The notes: generated from the letters alone by a model not told the origin. DNA of 63,933 bases, filler included, from Octopus bimaculoides (GCF_001194135.2; 6 parts of 6 records of this genome joined end to end with filler, not necessarily neighbours in it); one strand, 5' to 3'. Numbered from the whole stretch's first letter, positions 1-12,423 are shown. A program made the numbers and translations.

Positions 1-256
1 ATATATCACCGACTGTCTCCGATATATTGGTGGGCTTTCTCCGAAATATGTAATATGACAAGCAGTTTATATAGGATAGGAGATATGAAAGTAGAGCGAA
101 GATAAGGTTTATTAAAAGAGAACAAAGTAACGTGTGATTAGATACTAAAACTATTTCAACTTCATACAACAATATTTTTAGTTCGCAGCAAATTTTAAAT
201 TCACTATTGTGTCCAATAGATTTAATCTGCCGAAATTTTGAAAGTAGGGTACATCA

Positions 257-341
257 TCCCGCATGTCTTAGTTGGTAGAGCATCAGACTTTTACGAACTG
301 ATGAGTAATGCAACCTGAGGGTTCGAATCCCTCTGCGGGCG
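257..341 (+). pseudogene. tRNA-Lys(UUU) pseudogene, intron-containing (copy 1)
   Basis: tcccgcatgtcttagttggtagagcatcagactttta-intron-acctgagggttcgaatccctctgcgggcg. 7 nt of the variable loop/T-stem are deleted, G1 is changed to T and the D-arm is mutated. Confidence 0.85.
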
Positions 342-1208
342 ACAGTAATTTTGCTTCGATATGTTTTCTGTAATCAGCGCATGATCATCGTCGTAAAATC
401 ATTCTGGACATTCAAAATGTATACACACTGTAGTATTTAGTTTCTTTTATAATACAAATTACTAGTGGTATAGTTTCTTTACAAAATATCACATCCTCTT
501 AATGACAAGGCAAAAGAAAAAAACAAGTTAATATGTAATATGAATGTTTGAAAAATCTTTGAGCTATGCAGAAGATGAGTAAACAAAATATATAAGGTGA
601 TGTCAATAAATTAAAACAAAGAGATCCTTTAACATTTCGGGAAAGATTCCCCTTTTCAAATAGAAAAAAATCAGAGTTCAGAGAAATCTATTGCTACCAG
701 CAGACCATTTTAGTATGTTGTAACGAAAACTATTGATGGATTACTGTATTTATAGTTCTGGTTGCTGAGATAGGCAGTATCAGTGGTAACAGTTAGTTTG
801 ATGAAGCAACAGCAGTCACATGACGAATTAGTGCAAGTGTGTAAAGAAGTGGTGGGAGAGGTCACTCACTCACAGCTGAACTTTAAAGTTGCATTAGACA
901 GTAAAGGTATTTTGAGGATTTCTTTGTTCAAAAAGGATAGGTCTTAAACTATTAGTTGTTGTAAAATATGCTATATTGATGTGGTGAATGTATGTGAGAA
1001 ATAAGTTTGAAAGGAGAGCTAAAGTAGTTGGTGAAAGACAGAGAAAGTGAGTATGTGTCATTCAGTTCGGTTCTGTTACTGATTTCTAGTTTATAACGTT
1101 TGATAAGAATAGCCTCCTTGATTCTCAAGTTCCCATTAGATATAAAGCTTACGATATAAAACTTACGATAAAGTAATTCGTGAGACTCTAATTAAAAAAT
1201 TATACCAT

Positions 1209-1378
1209 GGCGCACGCATGACTGTGTTGTTAAAAAGTTCGTTTTGCAAACATATTGTTTCGGGTTCAGTCCCACGTGCAGCAGTTTGGGCAAGTGCCTT
1301 CTACTATAGCTCCGTACCAACCAATACCTTGGGCAAAAACTGTGTGGAAGCTGGACATATATGTAACTGTGTGTGTGT
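1209..1378 (+). mobile_element. tRNA-derived SINE head, local family A (diverged)
   Basis: ...cgggttcagtcccac...ttgggcaagtgccttctactatag, homologous to 30645-31030. Confidence 0.75.
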
Positions 1379-1477
1379 CTTTTCTATACATGTTGATCGG
1401 TTTTGGAATCATCGTCAAGAAAACTTCTCATACCACTGTTTTTTCTGCTTAGGGAATTTTAACAGGAGCCTGTTAAT

Positions 1478-1697
1478 AAATATTGCTGTCAACTTTTGGC
1501 ACAGGGTTAGTAATTTCGGAGGAGGGGTTAAGTCGATTACACTGACCCCAATGATCAACTGGTATTTATTTATCGACCCAGAAAGGATGAAAGGGAAAGT
1601 CGACCTCGACGGAATCAGACCTCTGAACGCAAAGACGGACGAAATGCCGCTAAGCATTTTGTCTGGCATGCTAACGATTCTGCCAGCTCACCGCCCT
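1478..1697 (-). mobile_element. SINE, local family C (Nin-like core)
   Basis: Reverse strand reads ggcggtgagctggcagaatcgttagcatgcc...gaggtcgactttccctttcatcctttctgggtcgataaat...accagtt. Confidence 0.8.
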
Positions 1698-2960
1698 ATC
1701 CTGGTAAGAAATATAACGACGAAATCTGGTTCTATAGAATTTCTTGCATTTTTCTATTTGCAAAGAAAAAATAAATCTCGACGGATCTTCCCTATGAAAT
1801 AATGCAACAGTAAATTCTACCTCATATATGTTGCAGTGTGAAACTGCCTGGAATAAGACAATAAATGTCCAATATGAAATTTTAAAATATATTTCACAAA
1901 TATTTTTCGGGGTGAATCAAGAAGTTCACCTGTTTATATACAACGTCTTTTAGAAACAACACGGGAATTCCTTTGAAAATTAAATGCTTTGNNNNNNNNN
2001 NNNNNNNNNNNNNNNNNNNNNNNNNNNNNNNNNNNNNNNNNNNNNNNNNNNNNNNNNNNNNNNNNNNNNNNNNNNNNNNNNNNNNNNNNNNNNNNNNNNN
2101 NNNNNNNNNNNNNNNNNNNNNNNNNNNNNNNNNNNNNNNNNNNNNNNNNNNNNNNNNNNNNNNNNNNNNNNNNNNNNNNNNNNNNNNNNNNNNNNNNNNN
2201 NNNNNNNNNNNNNNNNNNNNNNNNNNNNNNNNNNNNNNNNNNNNNNNNNNNNNNNNNNNNNNNNNNNNNNNNNNNNNNNNNNNNNNNNNNNNNNNNNNNN
2301 NNNNNNNNNNNNNNNNNNNNNNNNNNNNNNNNNNNNNNNNNNNNNNNNNNNNNNNNNNNNNNNNNNNNNNNNNNNNNNNNNNNNNNNNNNNNNNNNNNNN
2401 NNNNNNNNNNNNNNNNNNNNNNNNNNNNNNNNNNNNNNNNNNNNNNNNNNNNNNNNNNNNNNNNNNNNNNNNNNNNNNNNNNNNNNNNNNNNNNNNNNNN
2501 NNNNNNNNNNNNNNNNNNNNNNNNNNNNNNNNNNNNNNNNNNNNNNNNNNNNNTTGTTTTAATAACAACTAAACAATAAAAATAAACCGTAAATAATTTT
2601 TTAAAAAGAAACATAGCAACAATAATATAAAAAGAAATAAAAGAAAGAACACAACCTAAGGAAACTGTAATCTCTGAAGATTTTATTAAGAATAATGATC
2701 AGTCTGCATACATCAGCAGGTAAAGCATGTGATATGACATGACATTTCAGAAGTGAACGAATATATCAAAATATAATACCTTGATATGAGAAGGAATTAA
2801 AATTTTAGTTATGACCATGTGATTAAGTAAGATATTAGATATCAAAACTATAATGAACTTTATACAACAATCATTGCAATCCACAGCAAATTTTCAATTG
2901 TTGATTATCGCTAAGTCCAATATGATTAATATATCTAAAATTTGTTTCGTTTTAACGTCA

Positions 2961-3052
2961 GCCCGCATAGCTCAGTCGGTAGAGCATCAGACTTTTATGT
3001 ACTGTCGAATGATGAAATCTGAGGGTCGCGGGTTCAAGTCCCTCTGCGGGCG
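2961..3052 (+). tRNA. tRNA-Lys(UUU) with 19-nt intron (2998-3016) (copy 2)
   Basis: 37-nt exon GCCCGCATAGCTCAGTCGGTAGAGCATCAGACTTTTA plus 36-nt exon ATCTGAGGGTCGCGGGTTCAAGTCCCTCTGCGGGCG. 7-bp acceptor stem, A and B boxes, intron after position 37, T-run terminator at 3059. Confidence 0.92.
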
Positions 3053-3607
3053 ATAAAATTTTTCTTGCAATACCATTTTTTTTTTTCTCGTAGTCGAACA
3101 AATTTTCACCGTGATAATGTTACAATTGTCATTCAAAATTCTTTTGCGTTGTTATATTTCCATTGTGAGTCAGTCTATTGGTGTATCAGTCCCACCATAC
3201 AATATCACATCATCATCAAATCAGAAAACGTAATTATCATTGCTACATGTAAATTAAATTACTGTCCCGCCCTCTGAAGCAGTTCTGTGAGACCTAGGGA
3301 TATTTCACCTACTGCTATTTCCATCGACAGAGAAACATTTATTTATATCGTGCTAGATTTGTCTTGGTCACCTAAAAATTGCACAACATCTATCTTACCT
3401 TCATTTGTTTCCACAAGTGTCACAATTTCGTTGCACCACTGTGACCTCATTAACGGAGCTCTTCTGAAACTGATTAAAATTTAGGTAATAGAAACATATG
3501 TTAGATCTTAACTCTATTTATCTGTTCTACACCTGTTGATTAGCCTTAACATCTTGATATTGTTATTAGTTGCTTCCAGCTTCCATTATTATCTTCATTT
3601 ACAACTT

Positions 3608-3752
3608 TGTATATATACATACATACATACATACATACATATGTGTATGTATGTATGTATGTATGTATGTATGTATGTATGCATGTATGTATGTATGTAT
3701 GTATGCATGCATGTATGTATGTATGTATGTATGTATGTATGCATGTATGTAT
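3608..3752. repeat. (TACA)n/(TATG)n microsatellite
   Basis: Direct reading. Confidence 0.95.
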
Positions 3753-3785
3753 ATCTGTGTGCGTCTTTGTGTTTGTGATTGTCCT

Positions 3786-4097
3786 CCAACCACTGCTTGA
3801 CAACCGGTATTGGTGTGTTTACGTTCCTGTATCTAGCGGTTTAGCGGAAGAGACCCATATAATAGGTACCAGGCTTTAAAAAAAGTTCTGACGTCGATTC
3901 ATTCGACCAAAACCCTTCAATGCGGTCTCCAGCATGGCCACAGTCAAATGACAGAAACAAGTAAAAGATATATGTATATATATATATATTAGGCTTACAA
4001 AGAATAAGTCCTGGGATCGATTTGCTCGACTAAAAAGGTGGTGCTCCAGCATGGCCACAGTCAAAATGACTGAAACAAGTAAAAGAGAGAGTAAAGA

Positions 4098-4098
<1 letters not shown>
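3786..4098 (+). mobile_element. SINE family A 3' half plus a second duplicated tail (3990-4098)
   Basis: gcttgacaaccgg...ggtgctccagcatggccacagtcaaatgactgaaacaagtaaaag occurs twice. Confidence 0.8.
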
Positions 4099-4139
<41 letters not shown>

Positions 4140-4142
<3 letters not shown>

Positions 4143-5506
4143 GCGACTCCAGGTCATCAGCGTCACTCGGGCACATCACAGATTTCGCATAAGACACATG
4201 TATAAAAGAAGGAAAGAAGCATAAAGCACACCGCAGACTTATATGTGCACTGATAATTTAACAATAAGACCGAAATATAGTTTTGATATAAAAATTACTC
4301 ACTTCATTTATATACGAACTCCAGTCGTCTTGGTTTGATAGCGAACTCGTGTCATGCAGTTCCTTGTTGCCCACGTCGTTCAAAATGCTTTTCTCGGTAG
4401 AAATACGAGCCAGTGAAGATAGCCATTCTTAGGCCATTAGTGCTTCTCAGATATGAGCGGATTCTATCTAACGTTGAGAAACTGCTCTCGTTAGCAACTG
4501 ATGTTAAGGGAATGGTCAGCACTAGCTTAATTAGTTTAATGGATTCCGGCATAGCGGAAGTCAACTCCAATTTATGCAGTAATTCTAAAAGGAGTTGATT
4601 GATTTGCACTTATTGAAATCCCTATCAATATACATATATTTTAGCTCGTTCACTAATTTCTTGCATTCAAAAATACAGGGATACTTGAAACAACAAACAT
4701 GACCAACGGTAGAGTTTCTCCGTAACGCTACTTGCACAAAGTCAATCAATTTGTTCATACCATTTTCTCTGAAATGTTCGAGTTCCAATTTTGGTTTTCA
4801 ATGAAGGAGTCGACCTGCCTGCTCGAAGAATTTCACATTTTTCCGCAATCTTTCTAGCCCCAAATAGCTTATTTTTTTATATCTAGCACTATGTCTTTCT
4901 CTATTTCTAAGCTAAGGGGGAAAATAAAACAACCTTACAAAACACACAGACGCACAGAATAACAGCAATCAAATAATGACAGCGAAGTGCACAACAAACA
5001 TCAGCGATCTGATTGTTGCCTGTACTCTTGACAAGAGATGCCAGTTAGTCTTCTACACCTACCAGGCTCCTTCGTATTGGCCCGAGTTGTTGGATAATTT
5101 ATCGTTCTTTAAAGAATGTTGTAGAACGGAAACTTTTCGTAAATTGGAATCTAAATCCTAATCTCCATAGAAATTTATTGTTTTAAGAAAACATTGAATT
5201 TGAATTACTTTTAACATTTAGGATTATAGATAACAACTCGGGCTGTAACTTCTGAGCCCGAGTCAGGCACATGTAAACGATGTCGGGAGAACGTCTGCTA
5301 CGAATGATATTTTTTGACACAGGTCACCTCTAAGACCTGACGCTGAACGAAAATAAATGAACTACGACCCGGGTCAATAAAAGGAACCCGGGTTATTGGC
5401 TGCAATTACATGCATGTAGTCAGCGTTGGGAGAAATTAAATCAGCTTCCAAATACGCGTTCACTTTATGCTTAGTGAACGAGCTCCGAGTGCCGGAGTTG
5501 CCACTG
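4140..5506 (-). mobile_element. Internally deleted hAT DNA transposon (transposase relic)
   Basis: Minus frame at 4352-4609, KLIKLVLTIPLTSVANESSFSTLDRIRSYLRST, is the hAT C-terminal dimerisation motif (P.TS...ERSFS.L.RIK.YLR). Imperfect TIRs gaggcgactccagg (4140) and ccggagttgccactg (5492-5506). Confidence 0.75.
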
Positions 5507-7766
5507 ATATATATACATATATATATATATATATANNNNNNNNNNNNNNNNNNNNNNNNNNNNNNNNNNNNNNNNNNNNNNNNNNNNNNNNNNNNNNNNN
5601 NNNNNNNNNNNNNNNNNNNNNNNNNNNNNNNNNNNNNNNNNNNNNNNNNNNNNNNNNNNNNNNNNNNNNNNNNNNNNNNNNNNNNNNNNNNNNNNNNNNN
5701 NNNNNNNNNNNNNNNNNNNNNNNNNNNNNNNNNNNNNNNNNNNNNNNNNNNNNNNNNNNNNNNNNNNNNNNNNNNNNNNNNNNNNNNNNNNNNNNNNNNN
5801 NNNNNNNNNNNNNNNNNNNNNNNNNNNNNNNNNNNNNNNNNNNNNNNNNNNNNNNNNNNNNNNNNNNNNNNNNNNNNNNNNNNNNNNNNNNNNNNNNNNN
5901 NNNNNNNNNNNNNNNNNNNNNNNNNNNNNNNNNNNNNNNNNNNNNNNNNNNNNNNNNNNNNNNNNNNNNNNNNNNNNNNNNNNNNNNNNNNNNNNNNNNN
6001 NNNNNNNNNNNNNNNNNNNNNNNNNNNNNNNNNNNNNNNNNNNNNNNNNNNNNNNNNNNNNNNNNNNNNNNNNNNNNNNNNNNNNNNNNNNNNNNNNNNN
6101 NNNNNNNNNNNNNNNNNNNNNNNNNNNNNNNNNNNNNNNNNNNNNNNNNNNNNNNNNNNNNNNNNNNNNNNNNNNNCCACATTCTGTCATTTTCCTTTCT
6201 TTTCTTTTTCTTTTCTTTCACCTCCACTTCACCCCATGCCATGAAGGAGATAAATATGAAGCCCCGTTAGTTATATATAAATTTAAAATATCTGTTTCAT
6301 TCATTTCGTGATTCAAGTCTGTAAAGGACAGATTCTTGCTATCTAGGTTAATTCACATTAGATAGTCACCTGTACAAAACTTTGTCTATACTATCTATTC
6401 ACTCCTTTCTGTACATCTGTATATCTGATATCCTTTTTAGACAAGTTTAAAATAAGTGTAGAATGTGTAATTAAAGTTCATATTAGCTATCCCCTACAGT
6501 TCTATTAAATGTGTATCTGATTTTCATACTTCACAAAACAATATCCACAACGTTTCATTTTAGGATACCAATATGAACAACCAGTATTAAAATATAGTAA
6601 TCCCTAGTTTTCTATACATCATCTTAGTTACAAATTAAATATCCCTGTTCCAATTTAATCTACATTATAAAGATTTTTCACAGCCTTCCTAAAATGTATA
6701 AAAACGATGGTAGTGTTGCTAAAACATTGCTCTATCTTCAGATATATTGAAACCTATTTATATCACAACGACTGCCTACAAAATATTGGTGAATTTGCTC
6801 TGAAATATGAGATAGTACGAAATGTTTCTGTAGGATATGAATTATTAGAGTTAAATGAATTAAGACGTGATGCATCAGCAGTGAACGAAGTAATATATTA
6901 GATATAAAGTAAGTGTGTGAAATAAAATATTAATTATCACTATATGGTAAAGTAAGATATCAAATATCATATCAAAGACTTTATGCTCTTTATAAATGTA
7001 AAAAGAGTATCACCGAGGCCTTTTTCCGGTGGTTAATTCATCGAAAAGTATTTGACAAGGGAAGCTCTCTTGTTTCATTCTAATAACATGTTCTAACCAT
7101 CGCAGTCAGTGATTTATTATGGTTTGCTCTATTCTTCGACTGCTGGGTTTTTTTCTAGGACAACATTGCTGGTTACGTGCTTCTCCCATTCGATGTTTAA
7201 GATAGCACAATGATTTTGTTGATGTCCTGTGTATAAAGTAGCCATGTTTCACAACAATATGATATTACTGAATTGACGGCAACTTGATAGACGACAATCA
7301 GTTTCGTTCAGGCGAAATTAAGTGTTTCTTATTAAAGACCCAGGTTTCCAAATGCTGAACGGGCTGGTCCAAGTCTGCGTTCCACATCATTTCCAAAGTA
7401 CGATTGGTGGAAAGAATAGCTCCAAGATAGAGAAGATGGTCAACTGAAATTGACACAAAAACATGAGCCCAGAACTACTTCAATTGGCGTCTCTATCATC
7501 GCAAGAATTAACTTCTTTGAAGTCAAAAGAAAAAGAAAAGAAAAAAAAACAAAGCACAACTACGCTCTCCACCATCTCTTTTTTGTCATCTTTATTCCAG
7601 AATATTTTACGCGAGACTGGCCTTCCCAGACGTTAAAGCCATCAACACGGACGGACCACTTAATCAGGAAAAGAAATGAAATTTCGCGAACACAAAAAAC
7701 AGCCAACGACGACAGCGATCTGCTTTTTCACTTCACTTCACAGCAAATTAACAATTGTCAATAGTA

Positions 7767-7800
7767 GCTAAGTTCAACAGATTTAATCTATCTAAATTTT
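7767..7800 (+). promoter_or_regulatory. Conserved upstream motif of the tRNA-Lys genes (representative copy)
   Basis: gctaagttcaacagatttaatctatctaaatttt. Related motifs end at 239, 2943, 8856, 10690, 12178 and 12409, each 18 nt before the (notional) tRNA start. Function is inferred. Confidence 0.55.
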
Positions 7801-7817
7801 CACAACTATTTCTGTCA

Positions 7818-7909
7818 GCCCGCATAGCTCAGTCGGTAGAGCATCAGACTTTTAAGAACTGTCGAGTGATGAAATCTGAGGGTCGCGGGTTCAAGTCCCT
7901 CTGCGGGCG
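7818..7909 (+). tRNA. tRNA-Lys(UUU) with 19-nt intron (7855-7873) (copy 3)
   Basis: Exons identical to copy 2. Intron agaactgtcgagtgatgaa. T-run terminator follows. Confidence 0.92.
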
Positions 7910-8094
7910 ATCAGATTTTTTCTTGCAGTACCTTCATTTTTTTTTTTTTTTTTTNNNNNNNNNNNNNNNNNNNNNNNNNNNNNNNNNNNNNNNNNNNNNN
8001 NNNNNNNNNNNNNNNNNNNNNNNNNNNNNNNNNNNNNNNNNNNNNNNNNNNNNNNNNNNNNNNNNNNNNNNNNNNNNNNNNNNNNNNNNNNNTT

Positions 8095-8790
8095 CGCAAT
8101 CGAACACATTTTCACCTTGCTAATATTACGATTGTCATTCAAAGTTTTTCTTTTTTGCTCAATCTTTTCTTGCTGCCCATCACATTTTCCAGCTTCACAG
8201 TGCCATGTCGGTCGTTGGAAATTTCTATTTCCATTACAATTCAGTCTTCTGCTGTTTTATTCCTACCATGCTATGTCATCATCTTCGGCCACAGTCTAAT
8301 GACTGAAACAAATAAAATATAATCATTGTCGCATGTAAATTAACAGACAGCCCTGGCAATTCTGTGAAATATGGGTATACATCTCTGACTACAGTTCTCA
8401 TCTACAAACAGACATTTATTTGCGTCGAACTAGATCCATTTCAGCCATCTAAAATCACATTCCTAAAATCAATGCCTCCTATGAAATTTTCATGTATTTT
8501 CATATATTAAACTTCGTTGCACCGCGCTGCACTTTAATAACAAGACCATTGATTATTACATTTTAAGATATTATGATATTAGTGCCAAAAAAATAAGATA
8601 TATATAGATATCCTTTGGTGAAGAATGAAAATCACACTCACACATTTAATAGAAACCTGCAATAGATAGTCATTATACATTGACGTGAACATACAGAGTG
8701 ACACCATGAAGACACAGCCAATTGTTAATATATCTTACGTAGGATTATAACGATCTGATATTGTGTAATGGAGCTGTAATCATTACAGGC
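8095..8790 (+). repeat. Duplicated spacer downstream of tRNA copies
   Basis: Closely matches 10843-11345 and 11446-12115 (e.g. ...cttcggccacagtctaatgactgaaacaaataaaatat...). A more diverged copy is at ~3095-3500. Confidence 0.85.
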
Positions 8791-8873
8791 AGTATTTTAT
8801 GTATGCATGTGTGTAAATAGTAACTAAGTTCAATAGATTTAATCTATCTAAATTTTGCAAGAATTGCATGTCG

Positions 8874-8965
8874 GCCCGCATAGCTCAGTCGGTAGAGCAT
8901 CAGACTTTTAAGAACTGTCGACTGATAAAATCTGAGGGTCGCGGGTTCGAGTCCCTCTGCGGGCG
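8874..8965 (+). tRNA. tRNA-Lys(UUU) with 19-nt intron (8911-8929) (copy 4)
   Basis: Same exons except T-loop TTCGAGT. Intron agaactgtcgactgataaa. T7 terminator follows. Confidence 0.9.
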
Positions 8966-9082
8966 ACGATTTTTTTCTTTTGGAAATTCTCCGTGAAGAA
9001 ATACCAATTGACTGGTTTCAAATATGGGAATTTAAATTTCTGTAATTGAATTGATTGGGTGTGGAAAATTTGTAAAAAAACA

Positions 9083-9999
9083 GTCCGTAAAAAAAAAGTC
9101 CGTTTTTGTGCCTTGTTTATGTTCCCGTTCCTTTTTTGACATCATGTACCCGGATATGCATCCATATATGCACGTAGATGTAGGTATGTACATATATGTA
9201 TGTATACATGCATAAGCTCATATATCATTTGTATTATTATATTATCGAACGCCACGCGTCCATTTGCATGTAAGTTTTAACTTTATATTTCTGACGCGAC
9301 TCTATCTTTCTGTCTATCTATCTATCTATCTATCTTTCTTCTTACCTATCGCCCCCTCTCGTTCTGTTTCCTTCTGTTGTCCTTGCTTCTCCCCTTCACT
9401 GCTATACATATCTCTCACTTACTCTTCCTCCCTATCTCTCGTCGCTCACCTTTGTTCCACTTCCTCCCTTTTCCTCTCTCTTCCACTGCTCATTGATCAC
9501 ATGTGACCTGAGGTCACCTCTTCCTTTCTCCCTTCAGCCAGCATAAAGGCAAGACGAAACTACTGTCTCTCTCCGTTCAGCTTCGTCACATCACAGCGTT
9601 CAATATCTCATCGCGTTCGGCCCAACGGCCTTTAATGTTGTTTTCACTGTTTAATTTTTCCAATCTTGGTTTTTGTTTGCTACCTTGAAACCCTCCGCTT
9701 AGCAGGTTAATCCACTTCGCGGGAAGAGCTATTCTAAGAGCGCGTTCTGCCTCATTTTCGAAACGCCTAGTTTAGAATAGAGGCAGCTGGTGAAGGAAAA
9801 GTTCCATAAGTGGCTCGTCTGTTTTCCTATGTGTTCATTCTGTTGTCCGTAAAAAAAGTCCGTTTTTGTGCCTTTTTTATATTCCCGTTCCTTTGTGACG
9901 TCCTGTATCCGGATATGCATCTATATATACATGTAGATGTAGGTATGTACATATATGTATGTACACATGCATATGCTCATATATCATTTGTATTATTAT
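9083..9999 (+). repeat. Direct repeat pair of ~158 bp (9083-9240 and 9845-9999)
   Basis: Both begin gtccgtaaaaaaa(a)agtccgtttttgtgcc and end ctcatatatcatttgtattattat. Confidence 0.85.
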
Positions 10000-10257
10000 T
10001 ATATATATATGCNNNNNNNNNNNNNNNNNNNNNNNNNNNNNNNNNNNNNNNNNNNNNNNNNNNNNNNNNNNNNNNNNNNNNNNNNNNNNNNNNNNNNNNN
10101 NNNNNNNNNNNNNNNNNNNNNNNNNNNNNNNNNNNNNNNNNNNNNNNNNNNNNNNNNNNNNNNNNNNNNNNNNNNNNNNNNNNNNNNNNNNNNNNNNNNN
10201 NNNNNNNNNNNNNNNNNNNNNNNNNNNNNNNNNNNNNNNNNNNNNNNNNNNNNNNNN

Positions 10258-10326
10258 GAAGAAGAAGAAGAAGAAGAAGAAGAAGAAGAAGAAGAAGAAG
10301 AAGAAGAAGAAGAAGAAGAAGAAGAA
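10258..10326 (+). repeat. (GAA)23 microsatellite
   Basis: Direct reading; abuts a gap. Confidence 0.95.
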
Positions 10327-10707
10327 GGAGAAGATATGTTCCGTGATGCAACTGAAACAACTGATGGCTATATTATACCAGTTGCGTACAGGGATCGATC
10401 TAATTGACTGGCCCCATCCACAAAAATGTTGGGCCTTTCGCCTAGAGTAGAAAAGATTATAATTGAAACAGAGTAGTGTATATACATTTTAAATGACCAA
10501 TATAACTTTACCAGGATGGGACTTGATGAGTGAACGAATTACTATATTAAATATCAGTAGTAAATGTGAAGGAATTATTAGTAATCACTACGGGGTGACA
10601 TCAGTTATCACATGCCAGCTTTATACAACAATCGTTTCAGTTAACAATGAATTTTTAGCTAAGTCCATTATATTTCATTTGTCTAAAAGTTAAATCAGCT
10701 GCTGGGA

Positions 10708-10801
10708 GCCCGCATAGCTCAGTCGGTAGAGCATCAGACTTTTAAGAACTGTCAAGTAACATGGTATCTGAGGGTCGAGAGTTCAAGTCCCTCTGCGGGC
10801 T
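10708..10801 (+). tRNA. tRNA-Lys(UUU) variant with 21-nt intron (10745-10765) (copy 5)
   Basis: Exon 1 identical. T-stem GAGAG/CCCTC has an A.C mismatch and the discriminator is T, so it may be non-functional. Confidence 0.75.
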
Positions 10802-11848
10802 ATATGTATTTTCTTTCAATACATTCAATTTTTTTTTCGTAGTCGAACACACTTTCACCTTGCTAATCTTACAATTGTCATTCAAAATTTTTCGTTTTTC
10901 TCAATCATTTCCCAGCTTGACAATGTTAAGCCTGTTGTTGGAAATACTTTTACGCTGTTCTATTTCCATTACAATTCAGTCTTCTGCTGTTTTATTCCTA
11001 CCATGCTATGTCATCATCTTCGGCCACAGTCTGATGACTGAAACAAATAAAATATATTCATTGTCGCATGTAAATTAACGATCGGCTCTGGCAATTCTGT
11101 GAAACATGGGTATAGATCTCTGACTACAGTTCTCATCTACAAACAGACATTTATTTACATCGTACTAGATCCATTTCAGCCATCTAAAATCTCACACAAT
11201 GCCTCCTATTAAATTTTCATGTATTTTCATATATTAAACTTCGTTGCACCACTGTTGCACCTTAAGAACAAGACTATTGATTATTACATTTTAAGATATT
11301 ATGATATTAGTGCCAAGAAACAGGATATATATATATATATATATANNNNNNNNNNNNNNNNNNNNNNNNNNNNNNNNNNNNNNNNNNNNNNNNNNNNNNN
11401 NNNNNNNNNNNNNNNNNNNNNNNNNNNNNNNNNNNNNNNNNNNNNTGTTGTTGGAAATACTTTTACGCTGTTCTATTTCCATTACAATTCAGTCTATTGC
11501 TGTTTTATCCCTACCATGCTATGTCATCATCTTCGGCCACAGTCTAATGACTGAAACAAATAAAATATATTCATTGTCGCATGTAAATTAACAGACGGCC
11601 CTGGCAATTCTGTGAAACATGGGTATAGATCTCTGACTACAGTTCTCATCTACAAACAGACATTTATTTACATCGTACTAGATCCATTTCAGCCATCTAA
11701 AATCACACACAATGCCTCCAATTAAATTTTCATGTATTTTCATTAAACTTCGTTGCACCACTGCTGCACTTTAAGAACAAGACCATTGATTATCACATTT
11801 TAAAATTTTATGATATTAGTGCCAAGAAACAAGATATATATATATATT

Positions 11849-11958
<110 letters not shown>

Positions 11959-12195
11959 TCCTTTGGTGAAGAATGAAAATCACACTCACACATTTAATAG
12001 AAGCCTGTAAAGGATAGTCATTATACATTGGTGTGAACATGCAGAGTGACACCATGAAGACAGCCAATTGTTATATGATTGTAACGATCTGATATTGAGT
12101 AATGGAACTGTAACTTATGTATGGATGGAGGGATGGATATAGTAGCTAAGTTCAATAAATTTAATCTATCTAAATTTAGATAGTACTACTCGTCA

Positions 12196-12287
12196 GCCCG
12201 CGTAGCTCAGTCGGTAGAGCATCAATCTTTTATGAACTGCCGAGTAGTGAAATCTGAGGGTCGCGATTTCAAGTCCCTCTGCGGGCG
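12196..12287 (+). pseudogene. tRNA-Lys(UUU) probable pseudogene with 19-nt intron (copy 6)
   Basis: Anticodon stem TCAAT (vs TCAGA) and T-stem GCGAT (B-box GG changed to AT) both break pairing. Confidence 0.8.
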
Positions 12288-12423
12288 GTGTTTTTTTCTT
12301 TTGGAGCTTCCCACTGACCCTAATTGACTACTCTCAAAGATAGATAGATGGATAGATGTATGGATGGATGGATGAGCTATGGTCAACAGATTTGATCTAT
12401 CTAAATTTTCGATGAGTTACTTG

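Noticed and set aside
1218-1802. 194-aa ORF
   Set aside because: A chance read-through of two adjacent SINEs; the same applies to 17291-17722.
6240-7450. Possible viral/Polinton or tyrosine-recombinase relic
   Set aside because: No diagnostic motif could be confirmed in any frame.
10258-10407. Poly-Glu ORF continuing GEDMFRDATETTDGYIIPVAYRDRSN
   Set aside because: It derives from a (GAA)n microsatellite at a gap edge, with no splice or homology support.
11031-11046. CTGATGA-CT-GAAAC, a hammerhead-like core in the spacer
   Set aside because: There is no stem II, and the paralogous copies read CTAATGA.
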